Virus record (IMG/VR): IMGVR_UViG_3300023110_000006
Reading direction: 5' to 3' (one strand)
DNA: 64,000 nucleotides
Source: a virus
Shown in pieces: positions 43,128-50,041 of the stretch. Position 1 is the first letter of the stretch. Every line of letters begins with the position of its first letter. The notes beneath the pieces are model-generated. The model did not search any database, was not told the origin of the DNA, and saw only the letters and a program-made list of their open reading frames with translations. The position numbers were made by a program, and so were the translations under genes.

Positions 43128-44900
43128 ATGCTAAAAATAAAAGATTTAACAGTAAAGAATTTTATGAGTGTGGGTAATCAAACCCAAGCTGTTGATTTTA
43201 ACAAACAACAACTAACACTCGTGCTTGGTGAAAACTTAGATCAAGGAGGTGATGATTCTGGATCACGTAACGGTACAGGCAAAACTACAATAATCAATGC
43301 ATTATCGTATGCACTGTATGGCCAAGCATTGACCAACATCAAACGGAACAATCTTATTAATAAGACTAATTCTAAAGGGATGTTGGTCACCCTACATTTT
43401 GAGAAAGATGGACAAGACTACAGAATTGAGCGCGGACGCTCTCCCAATGTTTTGAAATTCTTTATCAATAATGAAGAGCAAGAACTAATTGATGAATCTC
43501 AAGGTGACAGCCGCAAGACCCAAGAGACTATCAATAGCTTGCTAGGTATGAGTCACGATATGTTTAAACATGTCGTGGCTCTTAATACCTATACTGAACC
43601 TTTTTTATCATTGCGGCAAAATGATCAACGTGCAATTATTGAACAACTTTTAGGCATTACAATACTAACTGAAAAAGCAGAAATACTTAAAGAACAGATC
43701 AAACAAACAAAAGATGCAATTACGGAAGAAACTGCAAAAATTACAGGTATACAAACTGCTAACGAAAGAGTACAAAGTACTATCACTAGTTTACAAGGAA
43801 CACAACGGGCTTGGCAAGCAAAGAAAAAAGCAGATGAAGAAAAACTTGCACAATCAATTGACGAACTAGAACATTTAGATATAGACAAAGAATTAGATGC
43901 ACATGAAAAACTAGCCAATTGGACAGAAATGAACAATGCTATTATGGCTCTTAACAAAGAAAAAAGCACACTAGAGAGTGCATTACTACGTGCTAACAAG
44001 TCTGTGGAAAAAGCAGAAAAAGACATCGCAAATCTAGAAGATGCTACTTGTTATACATGTGGACAAGCACTACATGATGATAAAAAAGCTGAATTAGAGA
44101 CACGTAAAACTAAAGAACTAGAAGATGCACTTGCATACCAAACAGAAGTAGCAGACAAACTTGAAGATGTTGTTAAAGGACTAAATGAAATTGGTGATAT
44201 TAACGGAAGACCTAACACATTTTACGAAAGTGCAAAAGAAGCATATGAGCATAGACAGAATGTTGATAGCTTAAAACAAGCATTAGAAAACAAAACCAAC
44301 GAAGATGATCCGTATGCAGAGCAAATTAAAGAATTAGAAACAACTGCACTACAAGAAATAGATTGGCAGGCTGTAAACACACTAGATACATTTAAAGAAC
44401 ACCAAGAATTTTTATTAAAATTACTGACAAACAAAGATAGTTTTATACGTAAGAAAATTATTGATCAGAATCTTGCATATTTGAACAATAGACTTACACA
44501 TTATTTAGATAAACTAGGACTTCCTCATCAAGTTGAATTCCAAAATGATTTAAATGTACAAATTACACAACTTGGACAAGACTTAGACTTTGATAACTTG
44601 AGTCGAGGTGAGAGAAATAGACTTATACTTGGTATGAGCTTTTCATTCCGAGATGTATGGGAAAGTTTGTATCAAAATATTAACTTGTTGTTTATTGATG
44701 AGCTTATTGATAGTGGTATGGACACAGCTGGTGTAGAAAGTTCATTAGCAGTAATCAAGAAAATGGGTAGAGAATTACAGAAAAATGTATTCCTCATCTC
44801 ACACAAAGATGAACTTGTAGGTAGAGTAAATCATGTTATGAAAGTTATTAAAGAAAACGGATTTACATCGTATGAAAATGATATAGAGATAGTAGAATGA
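43128..44900 (+). CDS. recombination ATPase subunit gp46 (Rad50/SbcC-like)
   Basis: Walker A NGTGKTT, CYTC zinc hook, LSRGE signature, FIDE Walker B, ISH. Confidence 0.93.
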   Translation: MLKIKDLTVKNFMSVGNQTQAVDFNKQQLTLVLGENLDQGGDDSGSRNGTGKTTIINALSYALYGQALTNIKRNNLINKTNSKGMLVTLHFEKDGQDYRIERGRSPNVLKFFINNEEQELIDESQGDSRKTQETINSLLGMSHDMFKHVVALNTYTEPFLSLRQNDQRAIIEQLLGITILTEKAEILKEQIKQTKDAITEETAKITGIQTANERVQSTITSLQGTQRAWQAKKKADEEKLAQSIDELEHLDIDKELDAHEKLANWTEMNNAIMALNKEKSTLESALLRANKSVEKAEKDIANLEDATCYTCGQALHDDKKAELETRKTKELEDALAYQTEVADKLEDVVKGLNEIGDINGRPNTFYESAKEAYEHRQNVDSLKQALENKTNEDDPYAEQIKELETTALQEIDWQAVNTLDTFKEHQEFLLKLLTNKDSFIRKKIIDQNLAYLNNRLTHYLDKLGLPHQVEFQNDLNVQITQLGQDLDFDNLSRGERNRLILGMSFSFRDVWESLYQNINLLFIDELIDSGMDTAGVESSLAVIKKMGRELQKNVFLISHKDELVGRVNHVMKVIKENGFTSYENDIEIVE

Positions 44901-45163
44901 GTAAAGATGTAGTTGTATCAAACTGTTTAGGTGAAGAAGCAACTCCTATAGATCGCCTCTATGGCGATTTGCACGGAAAATATTTTGTTGTACAAAAAGA
45001 CTTTACACATTACAAAGGCAAAATTCATAAAAAAGGCACACTAGTAAAAGGACTTGACGGCAATAGGTTTAGAAGCCATTGTTTTGTAACAGATGATAAC
45101 CGTTGGTTTGACCGTTGTGGTATGCCAATAGCAAAACCTTCTAATTTAGTGAACGATGAGTGA
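44897..45163 (+). CDS. hypothetical protein (88 aa)
   Basis: ATGA overlap with gp46. Confidence 0.7.
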   Translation: MSKDVVVSNCLGEEATPIDRLYGDLHGKYFVVQKDFTHYKGKIHKKGTLVKGLDGNRFRSHCFVTDDNRWFDRCGMPIAKPSNLVNDE

Positions 45164-45374
45164 TATAACAGACGACATACATGACCAATTGACAAAGGCA
45201 TACTTAGAATACTTCAAGGCAAATGAAAAGTTTGAAGCACGTAACTCAGTGAGAACGCACAAAGAAGTACGAAGATGGTTAAGAACTATCCGTACTTTAG
45301 CTAAAACACGGATGGAAGAGATTCATGTGCATCATAACACAACTCGAAAAACCAAATCAGACGTAGATTCTTAA
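45156..45374 (+). CDS. small helical protein, possibly Hc1 (histone H1-like) related
   Basis: ANEKFEARNSVRTHKEVRRWLRTIRTLAKTRMEEI resembles the Hc1-type helical hairpin; weak similarity. Confidence 0.45.
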   Translation: MSDITDDIHDQLTKAYLEYFKANEKFEARNSVRTHKEVRRWLRTIRTLAKTRMEEIHVHHNTTRKTKSDVDS

Positions 45375-45394
45375 TAGGCCAGGGTAAGTACCAC

Positions 45395-45829
45395 ATGCAA
45401 TGGACTTATCAAGGAAAACAAGTGACAGAAATACCAGAAGGTATTGAAGGATTTGTTTACTTGATAACAAATCTTACAAATAATAAAAAGTATATAGGCA
45501 AAAAACTAGCAAAGTTTAAAAAAACCCGTCCTCCATTAAAAGGACGGAAAAATAAACGCAGATCTAAGGTAGAATCAGATTGGAGAGACTATTGGGGATC
45601 TTCAGATAAACTAATAGCAGACGTAGAACAACTAGGCCAAGACAAATTTAGCAGGGAAATACTGTATTATTGTAAAAGTAGAGGCGAATTATCATATTTA
45701 GAGGCTAAAGAACAGTTTGCCCGTGAAGTATTGTTGAGTGATGAGTATTATAACGGGATTATTAATGTAAGGGTAGGCGGTTCTAAGATTTTAAGAGAAA
45801 ATTTAAAGGCACACAAGGACACTGTTTGA
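45395..45829 (+). CDS. GIY-YIG endonuclease (T4 EndoII/DenA-like) with Lys/Arg-rich insert
   Basis: GFVYLITNLTNNKKYIGKK, YWGSS, FSREIL, LE (metal Glu) and YYN (Asn). Confidence 0.8.
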   Translation: MQWTYQGKQVTEIPEGIEGFVYLITNLTNNKKYIGKKLAKFKKTRPPLKGRKNKRRSKVESDWRDYWGSSDKLIADVEQLGQDKFSREILYYCKSRGELSYLEAKEQFAREVLLSDEYYNGIINVRVGGSKILRENLKAHKDTV

Positions 45830-46137
45830 TCTAGATAGCTAGATCCACCTTGAGTAGCAGGAAACTGCATCAGAACTGGTGAGTCCAACAGGCTGTATGC
45901 TACGAAAACCCCTTAGCACTAGGAACGAAGCGGGGGATAGCACTTTAATTTATAAAGTGTGATGTCGACGTAGGTTGGGAAAGGTTAGAGCCCAGTAGCA
46001 TAGTCAAATACCTACTTCCGATCTCGGCTGAGCGAACTCACATGAAGTTTTCGAGATGATGGAACCGCTAGTAGGTTCCGTCTGACTAAACAATCTACAT
46101 GAAGTTACAACAATATCACTACGTGATATTGCTTTTT
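45812..46137 (+). ncRNA. unidentified large structured RNA (multi-stem, pseudoknot); boundaries approximate
   Basis: GC-enriched non-coding gap with at least 8 helices, a GAAA tetraloop, and crossing helices 45896-45903/45995-46002 and 45970-45975/46010-46015. Confidence 0.75.
46111..46137 (+). terminator. intrinsic terminator
   Basis: caatatcac-tac-gtgatattg followed by cttttt. Confidence 0.6.
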
Positions 46138-46228
46138 AATTAAATAGTTTAGTTTGAGCGCAAGCGAAAACTTATATCTACGAAGTAGATATACTAAATA
46201 CACTTATAAAACGTTTTAGGATGATAAC

Positions 46229-46876
46229 ATGCGTGTAACAGATATTACAGAACAACAAATCAACGAAGCACCAACTAGTAGACTTGGAAATTTCGCCAAA
46301 AAAATAGGTGCAAAAGCCGCAGGTGCTGTAGGTATGTCAGGAACAGCTGGACGACTTGGTGGCGGTGCAGAAGTAGGAACAAAAGCAAACGAATTATACA
46401 AATCACTTGCAAGATGGCAAGGTATTAACGGCAAAAATGATAAAAACATGACAGCGGCTGATGTTAAAGCATGGGCGGCTCAGGACAAAGTTAATGTAAG
46501 CGCAGTTCAAATGCCAAATGGTGTACTTCCTAAAAATAAATTAATGGATATTATGAAAAAAGTTGCGGCTAGTGAATTAACTGGCGGTAACGTAGGTGCA
46601 GAACCGGCATCTAAAGCGCAGGCCACACCGCAGAGCGGTGGTGGAGGAGCTATTAGCAAAGCAATTGACGCCCTACAAAAAACAACAGGTAAGGCTGGTG
46701 TAAACAATACTCCGGGTAATGCAGTTCCTGCATCTGATGAAGCAGGTTCAAAAGCAAATCAACAACCTGCAAACGTTAAAGATTTAAAAAACAAAGAAGG
46801 TATTCCACCTAACATTCAAACTATGTTAGATAAACTTACTCCTACAGAGAAAAAAGCACTTGCAGGAGCAATATAA
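46229..46876 (+). CDS. putative internal head protein (Ala/Gly/Lys-rich)
   Basis: TAAATA at 46195-46200; N-terminal ITE/INE motifs like T4 gp21 cleavage sites. Confidence 0.5.
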   Translation: MRVTDITEQQINEAPTSRLGNFAKKIGAKAAGAVGMSGTAGRLGGGAEVGTKANELYKSLARWQGINGKNDKNMTAADVKAWAAQDKVNVSAVQMPNGVLPKNKLMDIMKKVAASELTGGNVGAEPASKAQATPQSGGGGAISKAIDALQKTTGKAGVNNTPGNAVPASDEAGSKANQQPANVKDLKNKEGIPPNIQTMLDKLTPTEKKALAGAI

Positions 46877-48831
46877 TGCAACTAGGCGAAGTAACAAACT
46901 ATAATTTACGTTCACAAACGATATTAAATGAAAGTTGGCAAGATCTAACAGAAAGTCAACGCTTGTATATAGGCCGTTGGGAAAAAGAATTATGGCCTTT
47001 GTTAGAAGAATACACAAAACAAATTAATGAAGCAACACTAACTGTTGATCAAATTGAAGCAATCTTCAAAGGTGCTGAATCGCAAGCAATGGCTGGCGGT
47101 GACAATAAGAATATCCTTGGCAAAGCAGGATCGGCCGCAGGGGCAGTAGCTAAACTTCCAATTGACATTGCAAAAAAAGTAGATGCAAAAATAAATGAAC
47201 TAGGCAAAGCCGCAAAAAATGCTGGTCCAGTAAAAAACATGGACAAAAAATTTAATGATCTCAAAGCAGACATTATGGCAAACAAGCCAGACAGTAAAGT
47301 TGTACAAGGTATTGTTAAAGTAAGTGACTGGGCAAAAGCAAATCCAGGCAAGGCAAGTATTGCAGTTGGTATTCTAACAGCTATTGCGGCATTCGCAGGT
47401 GGACCAATGGGCGGTGCGGCCGCTGGTTTAATACTACGTTCAACAAATGAATTATTAAAAGGTGAAGATTTATCTTCGGCAATAGGAAAGTCTGTTAAAA
47501 CTGCCGCTTACGGTGCTCTTGCTGGCTGGGCACTTCAAGGTATTGGTGACTGGTTAGAAGGATTGCGATTTGATGCAGTACCTTATGAAAAAGCACCTGG
47601 ACTAACAACTATGGAAGTTGGATTTCAAAAAACTTTAGAAGTTCCGGGATTTAAAGCAGTTGATACACTAGGTAGTATTATAGTTCCAGAAGACCGTGTT
47701 GGAGAATTTACTCAATTACTTGACGCAATGAAAGATGCAACAGCCGCAACAGGTAGCACAACTGATCCTGCGGCACTAGATGCATTTAGTCAACTTAAAA
47801 ACTTTGTAGATGGCTTTGATAAAGGAGAATTTATCAAAGATATGAATCTTGCAAACGAAGTAGCACAAGAAATTGCCGCACAAAATGATGCATTCTTACA
47901 AAACTTAACTGCCGCTAATAGTGCTATTGCCGCAGTTGCACAAGGTAGTATACAAGGTGCAGGAGAAAAAGGTGCATTTAAAATTGGCGGTGACGAAGTT
48001 AAGCCTGGAGATGTTGTAACAAGTGCGGCAGGTAATAAAAAGGTTGCAGGTGTAGATAGTAAAGCAACAACAACTGATCCTAGCAATTTAGCTGGCAGAG
48101 CTAAAATTATGAAAGCGGCAGACGAATCAGTTGATATGGAAACAGAATTTGAACGTTTCTTAGCAGAAGCTGGAGTAATGGACAAAATTAAATCTGGTGT
48201 CAAATCAGCCGCTGGCGCAGTAGCAGGCGGTGCAAAAGCTGTTGGTAAAGAATTAGGTAACAAAGTTACATACAACAAACTTATGAAACAGTGGAAAGGA
48301 GCAGGGGAACCTGCCGACACTGCAAGTATTATGAATATATTACAAGATGCTGGACTAACTAACGACCAAATTGCAAACATAGGACAGGAAGCCAAAGTAG
48401 ATCTTGGTAAGCCTAGTGAGCAACCTAAAGCAAGTGAACCGGCAACAGCAAGTGAACCAGCACCAAGTGGTGAACAACCATCAAACACAGCAACCCAACC
48501 AACAGGAGATACTAAAGTGGAACCATCAGAAATCCAAAAAGGTGATACAAGAGAAGTAAACGGAAAAACTTACAAATGGATGGGAGCTCTTTGGGTAGAC
48601 ACAGCAACAAACAAACCTATTGGAATTTTGCCTTCAATGAAAGCAGGACTTCCTAATCCAAAATTAGATCCTATTATACAAGCCGCTAAAAACGATCCAG
48701 AACTAGCAAAATTAATAAAAGCACAAGTGACTTCAAAAGGTGTAGAAGCAGGCTCAGCAGGCGCACAACAAGCCGCACAAGCTGGTGTACAAGGTACTGA
48801 AAAACTTGATGCAAAAGGTGTAAGTACTTAA
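46876..48831 (+). CDS. putative internal head/ejection protein
   Basis: LNE/LTE/INE/LAE motifs; hydrophobic Gly/Ala hairpin IAVGILTAIAAFAGGPMGGAAAGLIL. Confidence 0.5.
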   Translation: MQLGEVTNYNLRSQTILNESWQDLTESQRLYIGRWEKELWPLLEEYTKQINEATLTVDQIEAIFKGAESQAMAGGDNKNILGKAGSAAGAVAKLPIDIAKKVDAKINELGKAAKNAGPVKNMDKKFNDLKADIMANKPDSKVVQGIVKVSDWAKANPGKASIAVGILTAIAAFAGGPMGGAAAGLILRSTNELLKGEDLSSAIGKSVKTAAYGALAGWALQGIGDWLEGLRFDAVPYEKAPGLTTMEVGFQKTLEVPGFKAVDTLGSIIVPEDRVGEFTQLLDAMKDATAATGSTTDPAALDAFSQLKNFVDGFDKGEFIKDMNLANEVAQEIAAQNDAFLQNLTAANSAIAAVAQGSIQGAGEKGAFKIGGDEVKPGDVVTSAAGNKKVAGVDSKATTTDPSNLAGRAKIMKAADESVDMETEFERFLAEAGVMDKIKSGVKSAAGAVAGGAKAVGKELGNKVTYNKLMKQWKGAGEPADTASIMNILQDAGLTNDQIANIGQEAKVDLGKPSEQPKASEPATASEPAPSGEQPSNTATQPTGDTKVEPSEIQKGDTREVNGKTYKWMGALWVDTATNKPIGILPSMKAGLPNPKLDPIIQAAKNDPELAKLIKAQVTSKGVEAGSAGAQQAAQAGVQGTEKLDAKGVST

Positions 48832-49061
48832 AAGAAAGGCTGTCCGGTCTTTTTTGTTGTTTCTAAATTTTCTTTAATTAATTCAGCTATTATTTTTCTA
48901 TCTTCAGGTTCCATCATAAATGCTTCTTCTAGTGTGATGCTTCCTCGCATGTGCCACATCATACGCATAATATCAGATTTTAGCTGTTTGCTTTGCCCTT
49001 CAAGATTTTTTACTTCTTGTAGGATCTGTTCAACGGGCCACTGAACGATCCTTACGCGAAA
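48828..49061 (-). CDS. gp51-like hub assembly chaperone segment, probably reached by -1 frameshift from gp26
   Basis: Open 77-codon frame FRVRIVQWPVEQILQEVKNL...IMRMMWHMRGSITLEEAFMMEPEDRKIIAELIKENLETTKKTGQPFF. Absent from the ORF track; first ATG only at 48968. Confidence 0.7.
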   Translation of the reverse strand, partial: FRVRIVQWPVEQILQEVKNLEGQSKQLKSDIMRMMWHMRGSITLEEAFMMEPEDRKIIAELIKENLETTKKTGQPFF

Positions 49062-49064
49062 AAA
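49021..49064 (-). promoter_or_regulatory. putative programmed -1 ribosomal frameshift signal (T TTT TTC plus hairpin)
   Basis: Slippery heptamer at 49064-49058 in the correct phase, a 5-nt spacer, then the stem AGGATC-GTTCA / TGAAC-A-GATCCT. Confidence 0.7.
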
Positions 49065-49963
49065 GTTGATTGATCAAATGTAATTGGAATTTGAAAAGTT
49101 TCCGGAACTCCTTGTTCAATTTGTTCTTCTGTTGCTCTAACATCCATAGGAGGTACTTGAAATTTTTCTTTTTCAGTTTTAATATGTTCTTGTAAAGCAT
49201 TAAAAAATTTCTTTTCACTATTTTCTAAAAATTCTGTAATAAAGGCTCTTTCAGTTACTTCTGTTGTATCTTCAGCTGATAGTAAAGTAATTTTTTCTAC
49301 ACTATTTGCAACCATTTGCAGTGTTAGGTCTCTTATTTTATTAAAACTTTCTGTAAATTTTTGAAGTTTTATATCTTCTTGCATATCATCTGTGTTTACA
49401 AGTGCAAGTATTCTTTGTTCTTCAAAAGTTTGCATGTTAATTTTACTAAAATCCATATAGGTCAACGGTTTTGTTGTAACTTCCATATTTTCAAAAGTAA
49501 ATGTTGGATTGAACACAGCATTTGTGTATCTATCTAGTACTTGTCGGAGGTCGATAGAGTAATCAACAGTTTCTTTTAAGCCTGGAGGAGTAGCAGTAAT
49601 TTCCATTGTTTCACCATAGGTTGCAATTCTAATAGCAACAAGACTTGCATCAATATCTAGTGCTGGCATTTTCCAAGGATCTTTAATATTAGGAATACAA
49701 CTTTTTATCATGTCTACAGTTGCTTGTCCATTTAAAAGAGCATCAGGTGTTTTAAGAGCTAGTTCGTCTTTTGCTGTCATAGCATAAACTGGAAGCTCTC
49801 CGTTTTCTGGCATTTCTAAACTACCTTCTGGATAGTATTTTCCTTTGCTAGGCAGTGTTAGATAAATTTTAGGTTGTCTAAAATGTTTTCTAAGTGGATT
49901 GTCTCCACTTGGTTTTATTTCTTGCATAAGTGGGTTATGTCCACTAGGCTTTATTTCTGGCAT
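49052..49963 (-). CDS. baseplate hub assembly protein gp26-like
   Basis: YLTLPSKG, VYAMTAKDEL, DIDASLVAIRIATYGE, C-terminal ...TFFA; TATAAATA at 50007-50014 upstream. Confidence 0.75.
   Translation of the reverse strand: MPEIKPSGHNPLMQEIKPSGDNPLRKHFRQPKIYLTLPSKGKYYPEGSLEMPENGELPVYAMTAKDELALKTPDALLNGQATVDMIKSCIPNIKDPWKMPALDIDASLVAIRIATYGETMEITATPPGLKETVDYSIDLRQVLDRYTNAVFNPTFTFENMEVTTKPLTYMDFSKINMQTFEEQRILALVNTDDMQEDIKLQKFTESFNKIRDLTLQMVANSVEKITLLSAEDTTEVTERAFITEFLENSEKKFFNALQEHIKTEKEKFQVPPMDVRATEEQIEQGVPETFQIPITFDQSTFFA
49892..49963 (-). repeat. 36-bp tandem duplication of the gp26 N-terminus (MPEIKPSGHNPL / MQEIKPSGDNPL)
   Basis: Directly visible in protein and DNA. Confidence 0.9.
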
Positions 49964-50006
49964 ATTTTCCTCCGCATAAATACATTATAATCGTATATAT
50001 GAATTA

Positions 50007-50014
50007 TATTTATA
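50007..50014 (-). promoter_or_regulatory. T4-type late promoter TATAAATA, divergent from a + strand TAAATA at 49977-49982
   Basis: Exact consensus in the gp26/tape measure intergenic region. Confidence 0.7.
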
Positions 50015-50041
50015 TACGCACATAATGGGATTCTGTTGTTT

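Noticed and set aside
45876-45907. Hammerhead-like words CTGGTGA...GAAA
   Set aside because: The core should be CUGANGA, and GAAA does not directly follow a stem II; no stems I and III with a cleavage triplet were found.
46028-46106. Box C/D-like words (ATGATG, CTGA) and a 10-nt direct repeat suggesting a CRISPR or TIGR-type guide array
   Set aside because: Only two short copies, no repeat-spacer periodicity, and no Cas or Nop-domain gene in the window.
45830-46110. Group I or II intron, given the adjacent GIY-YIG gene and TAGTC/GACTA words
   Set aside because: The P7-like words are in the wrong order, there is no domain V, and no interrupted host gene flanks the element.
49030-49218. 62-aa minus-strand ORF overlapping the gp26 end
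   Set aside because: It is the +1 frame and stops inside the hairpin. The protein-like continuation is in the -1 frame.
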